Positions 42,517-52,450 of a DNA stretch of 64,000 nt are shown here, one piece after another. Positions within the stretch are counted from its first letter, which is position 1; the number at the start of each line of letters is the position of its first letter. Source of the DNA: an uncultured Gemmatimonadaceae bacterium. GTDB taxonomy: Bacteria; Gemmatimonadota; Gemmatimonadetes; Gemmatimonadales; Gemmatimonadaceae. The notes under the pieces are model-generated. The model saw only the letters and a program-made list of their open reading frames with translations, was not told where the DNA came from and searched no databases. The stretch lies in assembly GCA_963781585.1 (NCBI GenBank), contig CAWAGQ010000008.1, positions 369,756 to 433,755 on the forward strand. Direction: 5' to 3'. The position numbers and the translations under genes are program-made.

Positions 42517-43290
42517 ATGCGACCGATTATCGGAGTCACCACCCAGACCCTCCACGCGATCGACGGCATTCCACCCGGGCTGCCGGCGTCGGTGGTGATG
42601 AATCAGCGATACTATGACGCGGTAGCCGACGCCGGCGGAGCGCCCATCCTCATTCCACTGCTCGACGATGCCACTGAGGCGTTGCGCGGTGTGTACGACG
42701 TGTGCGACGGGATTGTCATCCCCGGGGGTGTGGACATGCACCCGGCCTGCTTCGGGGAAGCGCCGCACGAGCACCTCGGTCGCACGGACGAAGTCAGGGA
42801 TCGCGTGGAGCTGCAGCTCACGCGGTGGGCCATCGACGACGGGAAACCGCTGCTGGGACTGTGTCGGGGACTGCAGGTGATCAATGTGGCGCTCGGAGGC
42901 ACGCTCTATCAGGATCTGGGAACAGAGCGCCCAGGCTCCATTCGCCACGACTACTTCCCGACCCACGGCTACGCGCGCGACTACCTGGCGCATGAGGTCG
43001 CGCTGCACGCGGGGACGCGGCTGTTCGATGCGATGGGTGGTGATCGAATCGCGGTGAACAGCATGCACCACCAGGGCATCAAGGACCTTTCTCCCACGCT
43101 CGTCACGGCGGCCACGGCGCCCGACGGACTGGTGGAGGGGGTGGAGGGCCCGGGCGATCAGTACCTGGTGGGCGTGCAGTGGCACCCCGAGGTGTTCGAG
43201 TCCGCCGACGTACACACACGGCGCCTGTTCGAGAGCTTCCTGGCAGCGGCCCGCAACTTTCGCGATCGGAGCGTCGCACGAACCGCGTAG
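42517..43290 (+). CDS. Peptidase C26 / PuuD-like gamma-glutamyl hydrolase
   Basis: RPIIGVT, PGGVD, LLGLCRGLQ (catalytic Cys), VNSMHHQ, GVQWHPE. Confidence 0.92.
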   Translation: MRPIIGVTTQTLHAIDGIPPGLPASVVMNQRYYDAVADAGGAPILIPLLDDATEALRGVYDVCDGIVIPGGVDMHPACFGEAPHEHLGRTDEVRDRVELQLTRWAIDDGKPLLGLCRGLQVINVALGGTLYQDLGTERPGSIRHDYFPTHGYARDYLAHEVALHAGTRLFDAMGGDRIAVNSMHHQGIKDLSPTLVTAATAPDGLVEGVEGPGDQYLVGVQWHPEVFESADVHTRRLFESFLAAARNFRDRSVARTA

Positions 43291-43404
43291 GGAGCGCGGT
43301 GCTGGTCGGGACGTTCGTGTTGACGCTGCCAGCGTCCCGCTCCCCGGCCTGGTCGAGGATACGGCGACGCAATCGCACGGTGATGATGGAGGCTGGGCCG
43401 GTGT

Positions 43405-45126
43405 CTACCTCGGCCGTCGCGTCCGGAGGGTCCGTGCCGAGATCTCGCCCTCCCCGAGCGTGATCTGCGTGATGTGCACCGTGCGATCGTTGGCACGCAC
43501 CGTCTCCACCTCGATCGGGATTTTGGTGGGGACGTTGCAGAACACCACGATGCCCTTGGCGTCGGTGCGTGATTGCTGCCCGGGGAACCTCACACTCGCG
43601 GGCTCCGACGCGGCCACGTCGGGAACCGTCCAGTGAACCCAGACCCCCATCGTATCGAGCGGCGCATTCCGGTCGGCGTCGATCAGCGTCAGATGCAGCG
43701 TGCCGTGTCCCCGGGCCGGTGTCCTGCCGTCACACAACCGTGCCGCAATTTCGGATGTAGTCGCCGCGTGGAGCGTGATACGCTGCGTTTCCCCCTCGTC
43801 GAGCGAGATCGTCTCGTCCGCCGCCGGCATGCCGAGCGCCGCGTAGGCCGGGTGTTCGGCGATGATCGTGTGACTCCCCGCGGGCAGGCTGTCCAGGCGG
43901 AAACGCCCCCCACTGTCCACCGCGGTGGTAAATGGCGTCCCCGCCAGGCGCACGGTGGCGCCGGTCATCGGCGCTCCGGTGCTGTCGACCACCACACCGG
44001 CGATGGTCGCCGGCTTCTCGAAGATCCGGATGCCCTCGGCGTAGACGTCGCCGCCTTCCTCGATGAGACGGTAGATACCGGGGCGGATCAGGACGGTGGG
44101 CATGCGAGGATCGACTCCCACCGGCGCGTCGCTGTAGTGGGCGAACTGTGGCATGCGAATGAACCACCGCCGCACGATCCAGGCACCGCTCTTGAGGCGG
44201 GCGAAATGCACCTCGCCTCCCACATGCGACGTGTCGCCTGACGTCTGGAGGCGCGTGTAGTGGAACTCCACCAGTCGCAGTTCGAAGGTCTTGGCATCGA
44301 GCCAGATGGTGCCGCGCACATCCGGGAGCTGGCGGGTCTTCACCGGTTCGAACGTGATGCCGACCATTCCACGCCGATCCCGGCCGCCGTTGACCGATGT
44401 ATAGCAGTGATCGTGCAGGAAGGCGTCCGACCTGAGCACGTCGGCGTCTGGCGCATTGAAGATGGTGGAACCGTCCGGCATTTCGCGCCAGTAGCCCACC
44501 TTGGAGAGCGAGTCGCCGCTGATCCCCGAGAATCCCTTGTCCAGGATGCCCTTCATGTCGGAGCGGCTTTCGCTGAGCACACGGAGATTGTGTGGATCCA
44601 GTTCGCGCACATAGCGCGAGATGCGGCCGTTGAAGAGCCGGTCGCGCAGCGAGATCTGGGTCGCGGTGAGCGCGGTATGGGCTTCGTCCCAGAGTGACGC
44701 GACGCGCTCGGCCTGGTTCGAGCGCGTGAGGCAGAGCGAGCTGGCCGCCGAAACGACGACTTCGGGCAGCGTGTACAGCACCGCATCGAGTTCGACGTCG
44801 ATCCGTTGCGTCTCGCCGGAACTGAGGGTGAGGACTGGTGAGACGAAGCGGCGGACCCCGATGCGTTTCGCCGTCACGACGTACTGTCCGGGCCCGGGGG
44901 CTTTCACCGAATACTCACCTCGTTCGTTGGTGAGCACGGATGCCAGAAGGACCGGTGGTGCCTTGGAACCGGCAATCGGCGGGCGTTCCAGCGACACCAG
45001 CACTCCCGAGAGCGCCAGGGTGGAGGTGCGCTCGGTTACCGTGCCGCGCACGAGCTGGGCCGAAGCCGGTGCGGCCGGCGCGCAGAGCGCGAGGATGACG
45101 AGGAGTCTCGGCAACCGCTGGTTCAT
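43405..45126 (-). CDS. Secreted protein with carboxypeptidase-regulatory-like (transthyretin-fold) domains
   Basis: Signal ASA-Q; VRGTVTE...LTNERGEY; IAGVVVDSTG.PM.GATV...VDSGGRF; TDAKG. Confidence 0.75.
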   Translation of the reverse strand: MNQRLPRLLVILALCAPAAPASAQLVRGTVTERTSTLALSGVLVSLERPPIAGSKAPPVLLASVLTNERGEYSVKAPGPGQYVVTAKRIGVRRFVSPVLTLSSGETQRIDVELDAVLYTLPEVVVSAASSLCLTRSNQAERVASLWDEAHTALTATQISLRDRLFNGRISRYVRELDPHNLRVLSESRSDMKGILDKGFSGISGDSLSKVGYWREMPDGSTIFNAPDADVLRSDAFLHDHCYTSVNGGRDRRGMVGITFEPVKTRQLPDVRGTIWLDAKTFELRLVEFHYTRLQTSGDTSHVGGEVHFARLKSGAWIVRRWFIRMPQFAHYSDAPVGVDPRMPTVLIRPGIYRLIEEGGDVYAEGIRIFEKPATIAGVVVDSTGAPMTGATVRLAGTPFTTAVDSGGRFRLDSLPAGSHTIIAEHPAYAALGMPAADETISLDEGETQRITLHAATTSEIAARLCDGRTPARGHGTLHLTLIDADRNAPLDTMGVWVHWTVPDVAASEPASVRFPGQQSRTDAKGIVVFCNVPTKIPIEVETVRANDRTVHITQITLGEGEISARTLRTRRPR

Positions 45127-45505
45127 GAAATCCCGTCGGCCGGCGATGAGGGTCACGACTTTCAGCGGCGGCGCGACGGCGCCGCACAGATCGGCCCATC
45201 GCCGCGTCCACATGGCTCCGCCGCGCACGCCAGCCAATGGGTCACACTGTCCCAAATGGCGGCGGACCGCAAGCAGCAAATCACTTCTTCATCGAGAATT
45301 CATCTTCGTGTAATCCGTTGCTCATGGCCCTCACCTGCCGGGTGAACCATGACGGAAGCGCCGCGGACGCTTGTCTCTGCTCACCCCGGCTTCGGAGGGT
45401 ACCATGCAGCTCCAGTGCGGCCCCGGCTCCTCCGGACGTGGTGCCCATCCAGCTCCCGGTCATCCCGGCGGTACATTGGGGTGAAATCCCTCAGCCATCG
45501 TGCCC

Positions 45506-46465
45506 ATGTTCACGCTCTCGCTTCGCGAATTCGAGGAAACGCGTGCGCGCATCGCGCCGCACATCTACCGGACACCGCTGCTCGGGTCGCGCCAGCTGAG
45601 TGAACTCTCGGGGTACGAGGTGCGTCTCAAGGCGGAGCTGTTCCAGCGTGTGGGGTCGTACAAGATCCGCGGCCCGCTCAACAAGTTCGCCCTCATGCCT
45701 GACGAGCAGAAGCGGCGGGGTGTGGTATGCTCGTCGGCGGGGAACCACGCGCAGGGGGTGGCGCTGGCGGCGCGGATCCACGGCATTCGGGCCGTGGTCT
45801 GCATGGCGGAGAACGCCACGCCCTCGAAGATCGCGGCAACCCGTGGCTACGGCGCCGAGGTCGTGCTCCACGGCACCATCTGGGACGAGGCCAACGAGAA
45901 GGCCAGGGAACTGGTGCGCACCGAGGGTCTGACCTACGTCCACCCGTTCGACGACGAACAACTCATTGCCGGGCAGGGCACGCTGGGACTGGAGATCGTG
46001 CAGGACTGGCCGGAGGTAGACGTGGTGGTGGTGCCGATCGGCGGCGGTGGTCTCATCTCCGGCGTCTCGATGGCCGTGAAAGCCCGCAATCCCGGCGCGC
46101 GAGTGATCGGCGTGGAGTCGTCGGATGGACCAGCCATGAGGGAGAGCATCCGCGCGGGGAAACTCGTGACCATCGACTGCAACACGATCATCGACGGCCT
46201 GCGGGTGAAACGGGTGGGAGAGCTCAACTTCTCGGTGGTGCAGCGCTTCGTCGACGACATCGTCGCGCTTCCCGATCGCGACATCTTCGACGCGATGATC
46301 TGGGTGATGGAACGGTGCAAGCTGGTGGTCGAGGGCGCTGCCGCCGCACCCGTCGCGGCGCTGTTGCACGGTCTGATCAAGTCGCCGCCCGGATCACGGG
46401 TTGCGGTCGTGCTCTCCGGGGGAAACCTGAACCTCGACCAGTTGCGCGGACTGAAGTGGAACTGA
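45506..46465 (+). CDS. PLP-dependent threonine/serine dehydratase (short form, no ACT domain)
   Basis: RTPL, KAELFQRVGSYKIRG, SSAGNHAQG, VHPFDD, GQGTLGLE, IGGGGLISG, LSGGN. Confidence 0.92.
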   Translation: MFTLSLREFEETRARIAPHIYRTPLLGSRQLSELSGYEVRLKAELFQRVGSYKIRGPLNKFALMPDEQKRRGVVCSSAGNHAQGVALAARIHGIRAVVCMAENATPSKIAATRGYGAEVVLHGTIWDEANEKARELVRTEGLTYVHPFDDEQLIAGQGTLGLEIVQDWPEVDVVVVPIGGGGLISGVSMAVKARNPGARVIGVESSDGPAMRESIRAGKLVTIDCNTIIDGLRVKRVGELNFSVVQRFVDDIVALPDRDIFDAMIWVMERCKLVVEGAAAAPVAALLHGLIKSPPGSRVAVVLSGGNLNLDQLRGLKWN

Positions 46466-46568
46466 CGAGGATGACCGGTGGGGGTGGCCGGACCGCGCGC
46501 ACCACGTTGGTCTGAACCGGGATGCTCGCGAATCCGATCCGGTGCAGCACGCAAGTCGCTGAGTCGGC

Positions 46569-46925
46569 CTATCCCGCCGCGGCCGCCGCCTCTGCTGCCT
46601 GGCGCTGCACCTCCGCGGCGACCGTGGCGGCCAGGTTCGACGACGACATTCCGGCCTCGCCCGCCAGCGATGTCAGGCCCAGGCCAAGCCCTTTCAGCGG
46701 ATTCTTCCAGATGAGCGTCCCCGTGCGCGGATCGAGGCAGTAGGCCTCGCCCCCGCAGGTCGCGAACAGGAGATCGGCGTCTCGAAACACACACACGAAC
46801 GCCGTTGAACGCGCCATGGAGCCCCGCAGTGCGGTGCGCCAGATCTCACTGCCGTCACGACGGTCGAGCGCGACGATGGTTCCCTTGATGCCGATGTACA
46901 CGAGGCCGGGAGTGCTTCGCGTCAT
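46569..46925 (-). CDS. Small PQQ-like beta-propeller-repeat protein
   Basis: IVALDRRDGSEIW and AYCLDPRTGTLIW blades; GGAG RBS. Confidence 0.72.
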   Translation of the reverse strand: MTRSTPGLVYIGIKGTIVALDRRDGSEIWRTALRGSMARSTAFVCVFRDADLLFATCGGEAYCLDPRTGTLIWKNPLKGLGLGLTSLAGEAGMSSSNLAATVAAEVQRQAAEAAAAAG

Positions 46926-47094
46926 GGGCGAGTCTCCTTGGTGGGCCGCCAGCAAGTGACGGCAGTGGCATTCGGAATACGTCGCGTGGTGCGACGGGCG
47001 AAGTCGATCGACAGCCGGCGCGCGTCGCCCTCGCGCGAGCGCTGGCCGCGCTCTATCGTATCGTCAGATCCAGGGCTTTCTCCAGAGGGCGGTC

Positions 47095-48496
47095 ATGCAT
47101 GTTCCTTCCGCAGCACCTGTGCCGGAGGCGCTCTCGCGCCGCCAGTTGCTCAAAGGTGCGCTCGCCGTGTCGGCTGCCGCGGTCCTGCCAGCCGTGGCGA
47201 GGGTCGCGGGCGTCTCCCTGGGCGCTGACGGGATCGGAGCTCCGTGGTTCGAACCTGGTCGACACGGCGCTCCGGGCAGAACACTGGATCGCGCGGTTCG
47301 CACAGCGGAGCGAAGGCGGAACAGCGTGGCCGTGGAATCCGGCAGACGCCGCCGGCATCCAGACGAATCTCTACACCGGCATGCCGGGCGTCGTGCTGTT
47401 CTATCTTGAGCTGCACCATGCCACCGGCGACAACCAGGCGCTGGCTCAGGCGGTTGCGGGCGCGAAATGGCTCGCCGCCACGCTGCCCGAAAACGCCAAA
47501 CTCGGTGACGGCGGGTTGTACACGGGGATGGCCGGCATGGCCTACACGCTCGAGATGGTCCATCGCGCCAGTGGTGAGGCACGGCATCGCGAAGCATCGA
47601 TGCGTGCGCTGACCCTGCTGAAGCAGGCGGCGCGGCCGGTTGGCGACGGCGTGGAGTGGTCCGAGAGTACGGACATCATCTCCGGCAGCGCGGGAATCGG
47701 GCTGTTCCTGCTGTGGGCGGAGGCCCGGATGGGCGACGCAGAGTCGCACGATCTCGCCCTGAGAGCGGGGAGACGTCTCATCGAGCGGGGCGTGCCCGAG
47801 CAAGGTGGCATGAAATGGCTCGTCTCACCGCAGATTCCGCGAAATTATCCCAACTTCTCGCATGGCACGGCCGGCGTGTCGTATTTCCTGGCGACGCTCC
47901 ATCACGCCACCGGTGACCGGTCGTTTCTCGATGCCGCCGCGGCCGGCGCCCGCTACCTCGACGCCATCTCGGTGCCGACGCCTAACGATGGCCGGATGGT
48001 CTTCCACAGCGAGCCGGGAAACGAGCAGCTGTTCTACCTCAGCTGGTGCCATGGCCCGGCCGGCACCGCGCGGCTCTATCGCCGCCTGGCGCAGGCGACC
48101 GCCGATCCGGCCTACGAGGCCCGAGTGGGTCAGCTCGCCCAGGCGATCGTCGACATGCACGTTCCCGAGCGCTCGCCTGGATTCTGGAACAACATCAGCC
48201 AGTGCTGCGGGAACTGCGGCGTGGTGGAATTCTTCATCGACCTCCACCGGCACGGCGGCGAACAACGCCACCGGGAATTCGCCGAACGCGTGACCGCCGA
48301 TACCCTCCTCCGCGGCTCGAAGGACGACGACGGAACGAAGTGGACGCAAGCAGAAAACCGCGTCCAGCCCGACGTGCTCATCGCACAGACCGGGCTGATG
48401 CAGGGGGCGGCCGGGGTCGGGATCGCCATGCTGCATCTGGATGGCGTGGGGGCCAACCGCGAGCCATTCGTGGTGCTCCCGGATAACCCGTTTTGA
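47095..48496 (+). CDS. LanC-like protein with Tat signal; one apparent frameshift near 47200-47255
   Basis: Frame 47095 gives SRRQLLKGALAVSAAAVLP; frame 47099 gives LYTGMPGV, FSHGTAG, SWCHGPAG, QCCGNCG, GLMQGAAG. Confidence 0.78.
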
Positions 48497-49950
48497 GCCT
48501 GACGAACGACCGGCTGCAGCTCTCCCCCAGCGTGATGCAGGCGCTGGGGTATCGCGTCGTCGATATCATCGTCGAGCACCTCACGTCGCTCCCGCAGACC
48601 CGGGTTGCCGTGCAACGTACGCGGGCCGACCTGGAACACGCCCTCGGCAGCGGGTTTCCCGATGATCCCACTCCGCCAGGCGACGTGCTGTCTCTGGTCG
48701 AACGCGAAGTCCTGACCGCGATGATGCACGTGGATCATCCACGCTTCTACGCGTTCGTGCCCGGTCCCGGGAATTTCGTGGGTGCCATGGCCGATGCGCT
48801 GGCGTCGGGATTCAATGTCTTCGCCGGACACTGGCTGGCGGCCTCGGGGGCCGGCGCCGTGGAAGTGCAGGCGATCGAGTTCCTGCGACAGGAATGCGGC
48901 CTGCCCGAGGGTGCAGGGGGCCTGTTCGTGAGCGGCGGCTCAATGGCGAATCTGAGCGCCATTGCCACCGCACGGCGCGTACTGCTCGGCGACCCCGATC
49001 CTCGGGCGGTCGTGTACTACAGCGACCAGACGCACAACTCTCTCGCCAAGGCGCTCCGCGTGCTGGGCTTCACCGATTCGCAGCAGTGCATGCTGCCGGC
49101 CGATGAATCGCAGCGGCTCGATCCGCGTGTGCTGGGCGAGGCGGTCGCTGCGGACTGGTCGGCCGGCCGGAGGCCGTTCTGCGTGGTCGCGAACGCGGGT
49201 ACCACGAACACCGGCGCGGTGGACCCGCTGGGCGCTATCGCCGACCTGTGTGCCACGGAGAAGCTCTGGCTCCATGTGGACGGCGCCTACGGCGCGGCCG
49301 CCATGCTCAGCGCCCGTGGCCGGCGCGCCCTGACCGGGATCGAACGCGCCGATTCAATCACGCTCGACCCGCACAAATGGCTGTTCCAGCCGTTCGAGAT
49401 CGGGTGCCTGCTGGTGCGCGACGCGCGGCATCTCCGCGCCACGTTTGCAGTCCATCCCGAGGATCAGGCTTCGTACCTGGGCGACGTGGAGCGGATCGCC
49501 GAGCGGGAGGTCGTCTTCTACGAGAGCGGGGTGCAGCTCACGCGGTCGTTTCGCGCCCTCAAGCTGTGGATGTCGCTACGTGTATTCGGAGTGCGGGCAT
49601 TTCGCGAGGCAGTCGAGCGTGGGATCGCACTGGCCGAGGAAGCGGAGCGACTGCTCCGAGACGACCCGCGATGGGAGGTCGTGACCCCCGCCCAGCTGGC
49701 GGTGGTGACGTTTGCCCCGCGCCTCGAAGGGTTCACGCGGGATGAGCAGCTTGCGGTCATTCAGCGCGTCGTCGAGCGACTCGTCGCGGACGGGTACGCG
49801 ATGGTGACGTCCACCCTGGCTCGCGGGCGCACCGTGCTGCGTTTCTGCCTGATCAATCCTGCGGCCAACATCGAGGACGTGCGAAGCACGCTCGAGCGTC
49901 TGGCGGGTTTCGTGGCCCTCGAAGCCGCGCCCCGCCGGTCAGCTGGCTGA
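48493..49950 (+). CDS. Group II PLP-dependent amino-acid decarboxylase
   Basis: HPRFYAFVP, FVSGGSMANL, AGTTNTGAVD, LHVDGAYG, DSITLDPHKW; TTGA overlap with the LanC-like stop. Confidence 0.92.
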   Translation: MSLTNDRLQLSPSVMQALGYRVVDIIVEHLTSLPQTRVAVQRTRADLEHALGSGFPDDPTPPGDVLSLVEREVLTAMMHVDHPRFYAFVPGPGNFVGAMADALASGFNVFAGHWLAASGAGAVEVQAIEFLRQECGLPEGAGGLFVSGGSMANLSAIATARRVLLGDPDPRAVVYYSDQTHNSLAKALRVLGFTDSQQCMLPADESQRLDPRVLGEAVAADWSAGRRPFCVVANAGTTNTGAVDPLGAIADLCATEKLWLHVDGAYGAAAMLSARGRRALTGIERADSITLDPHKWLFQPFEIGCLLVRDARHLRATFAVHPEDQASYLGDVERIAEREVVFYESGVQLTRSFRALKLWMSLRVFGVRAFREAVERGIALAEEAERLLRDDPRWEVVTPAQLAVVTFAPRLEGFTRDEQLAVIQRVVERLVADGYAMVTSTLARGRTVLRFCLINPAANIEDVRSTLERLAGFVALEAAPRRSAG

Positions 49951-52221
49951 CCCGCCGATCAGGGCGGCCCTGGGATCGACGAGCAATTCGTCGAGCACGA
50001 CGGGATCGACCGGCTTGGTGAGGTGGAGATCGAAGCCGGCTTCGCGCGACCGCCGCTTGTCATCCAGCTGACCCCACCCGGTCATCGCGACCAGGAGGAT
50101 GTCCTTACCCCACGACTCCTCCCGAATCCGACGAGCCACGTCGTATCCGCTGAGCTTCGGCAGGCCGATGTCGAGGAGCACGACTTCGGGGTGATCCACG
50201 GCCGCTGCGGCGAGCGCCTCGAACCCGTCGCTGGCCGCGCGAACGTCATGCGACGTCAGGCGCAGGAGCGTGACCAGGCTCGCGGCCGCATCCTCGTTGT
50301 CCTCGACCACGAGAATCCGGCGCGGCGGGGCGTGGGCAACGGGCTTCGCCGGCTTGATGCGGGGCGCCGCGCGGTCGGCGGTCTCCGCCTCGTAGACGGG
50401 AAGATGCACAACGAACTCGCTCCCGGCCTCGGGTCCCTTGCTCCGCGCCTCGATCCGGCCACCGTGCATCTCGACCAGCAGTTTTGCAATCGTCAGGCCG
50501 ATGCCGAGGCCGTCCGGCGTCCGCTGCGGCAGGGATTCGCCCTGGGTGAACATCTCGAAAATCCGCGGCAGCAATTCGCGCGAAATCCCGACGCCGGTGT
50601 CGCGGACCGTGACCACGATGCCGTCCGGCTCCCGTTCCGCCACCAGCGAAATGGTCCCGCCGGCCGGCGTGAACTTGGCCGCGTTGTTCAGGAGGTTGGC
50701 GAACACCTGCGCCAGACGGGTCGGGTCGGCGTAGACATACAGCGGCTCTGGCGGTGACGATACGTCGAGCGAGTGCTGCGATGCGTCGATCAGAGGGCGA
50801 CTGACTTCGACCGCGTCCTGCAGGACAGTCGCCAGTTCCACGCGCTCGCGTCGCAAGGTGAGCCGGCCACTGGTGATCCGGCTCATGTCCAGCAGATCGT
50901 CGATCAGGTGCACCATCTTCTGCACCTGCCGCTCGATGATGTGGAACGCCTCCTCCCGCAGGGGGTCGCTGTCGGTGCGCTGGATGATCTCGAGCGCATT
51001 GCACACCGGCGCGAGGGGGTTGCGGAGTTCGTGGGCCAGCGTCGCGAGGAACTCGTCCTTTCGCCGATCGGCCCGGCGGAGCTGCTCCTGCAACTTCTTC
51101 TGTTCGTCGATGTCGGTGGTCGCCCCCACCCACGAGACCACGTGGCCGGTTTCATCCTTGAGCGGCAGGGCGCGGGTCACGAACCATCGGTAGACTCCAT
51201 CGTGGCGGCGATACCGCACCTCGATCTCGTACTCCTTTCCCTCCTGCAGGGCGTGTGACCACTGCGCCGTGGCGCGTGGCAGATCGTCCGGATGCGGAAC
51301 CAGCTCGGGCCAGTGAGGCAGCTTTACGCCCGGGGTCAGCCCACAGAACTTGAGCCACTGGTCGTTTACGTAGGTGAGCACGCCATCCGGCGCGGCCGTC
51401 CAGATGATCGAGGGCACCGTGTCGGCCATGACGCGAAAGCGCCGTTCGCTCGCCTGGACCGCCGCGTTCGCTTCGCGCTCGGCGGTCACGTCCGATGCAG
51501 CGCCGTACACCCGCATCAAACGGCCGCGGTCGCTGACCGGTCGCATGCGATACCGGACGCACACCACGCGTGCATCCCTGGCCAGAAAGTGCGACTCCGC
51601 CTCCACCGTTTCGCCGGCCGCCAGACGCGCAGCGATCTTCGCCACCCGGGGGCGATCGTCGGGATGCAGAATACTCTGGCTGGGGAGCAGCGCGTTCAAT
51701 TCTGCGAGCGTGTAACCGAACAGCTTCGTAAAGCCATCGCTGATCGCTTCCACGACTACGGCGCCGCTCTCTTCCACCCGACTCTTGAAGACGAAATCGC
51801 TGCTCAACTCGGCAACGATCTCGTTGAACGCTTCACTTTCGCGGATCTTGGCTTGTTCCTGCTCCAGCAGGCGACGGGCCGCGTGAAGCTCTTCGCTCAG
51901 CGCGCTCGTCAGGACACCAATCACCAGGAAGACGAGGACGGTCACGGCGTGGACTACGTTGCCGCTCGCCGAGGCCCCGGTCGACGGAAGGAGGTAGTAC
52001 GCGGTGAACACGCCACCCAGCACCGTGGCCATCAGGCCGGGCCAGAACCCACCGAACCACGACGCGAAGATGATGGCGATGATGAACGGCAGGTACGTCG
52101 CGAACTCGCCCAGCACCGCGCTCAACTGGTGATGCAGTGCGAACATCAGCGTGGTCATGGCAATGGCCATGACATAGCCGGCCCCGGCGGTGGGGGGTTC
52201 GCGAATTCGCATCCCGTTCAT
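49939..52221 (-). CDS. Hybrid sensor kinase (DUF4118-like TM, two PAS, HisKA, HATPase, REC)
   Basis: FLATLAHELRNPL, NLLNNAAKF, DTGVG, GLGIGL, ILVVEDN, LLDIGLP, HLTKPV. Start approximate. Confidence 0.93.
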   Translation of the reverse strand: MNGMRIREPPTAGAGYVMAIAMTTLMFALHHQLSAVLGEFATYLPFIIAIIFASWFGGFWPGLMATVLGGVFTAYYLLPSTGASASGNVVHAVTVLVFLVIGVLTSALSEELHAARRLLEQEQAKIRESEAFNEIVAELSSDFVFKSRVEESGAVVVEAISDGFTKLFGYTLAELNALLPSQSILHPDDRPRVAKIAARLAAGETVEAESHFLARDARVVCVRYRMRPVSDRGRLMRVYGAASDVTAEREANAAVQASERRFRVMADTVPSIIWTAAPDGVLTYVNDQWLKFCGLTPGVKLPHWPELVPHPDDLPRATAQWSHALQEGKEYEIEVRYRRHDGVYRWFVTRALPLKDETGHVVSWVGATTDIDEQKKLQEQLRRADRRKDEFLATLAHELRNPLAPVCNALEIIQRTDSDPLREEAFHIIERQVQKMVHLIDDLLDMSRITSGRLTLRRERVELATVLQDAVEVSRPLIDASQHSLDVSSPPEPLYVYADPTRLAQVFANLLNNAAKFTPAGGTISLVAEREPDGIVVTVRDTGVGISRELLPRIFEMFTQGESLPQRTPDGLGIGLTIAKLLVEMHGGRIEARSKGPEAGSEFVVHLPVYEAETADRAAPRIKPAKPVAHAPPRRILVVEDNEDAAASLVTLLRLTSHDVRAASDGFEALAAAAVDHPEVVLLDIGLPKLSGYDVARRIREESWGKDILLVAMTGWGQLDDKRRSREAGFDLHLTKPVDPVVLDELLVDPRAALIGGSAS

Positions 52222-52316
52222 CAGCACGCGGGTGCCTTTACGCCGAGCGTCTCTCAACTGTGTTGTCCTGGGGTCCGCGACCGCCACGATCATGTCGGGG
52301 CTGCTGGGTGTCAACA

Positions 52317-52385
52317 GCATAGGCCGCAAGCCAAAGGCCATAGATCAAAGGTGATAGGCCATCGTCAAAGGTCATAGGCCAGGGG
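52317..52385 (+). repeat. Degenerate heptamer array (about 10 units, consensus YCAWAGG)
   Basis: gcatagg ccgcaag ccaaagg ccataga tcaaagg tgatagg ccatcg tcaaagg tcatagg ccagggg. Confidence 0.72.
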
Positions 52386-52450
52386 TCACACGCCCGCCCA
52401 CTGTCCCGTCCGAGACGACGGACTCAGCAATTGTCCGGGACTATTCGCGG

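Noticed and set aside
45237..45500. Small ORFs or a riboswitch upstream of the dehydratase
   Set aside because: No recognisable motif, RBS or conserved structure.
47095..48496. Lanthipeptide biosynthetic cluster
   Set aside because: No LanB/LanM/LanKC dehydratase, precursor peptide or transporter nearby.
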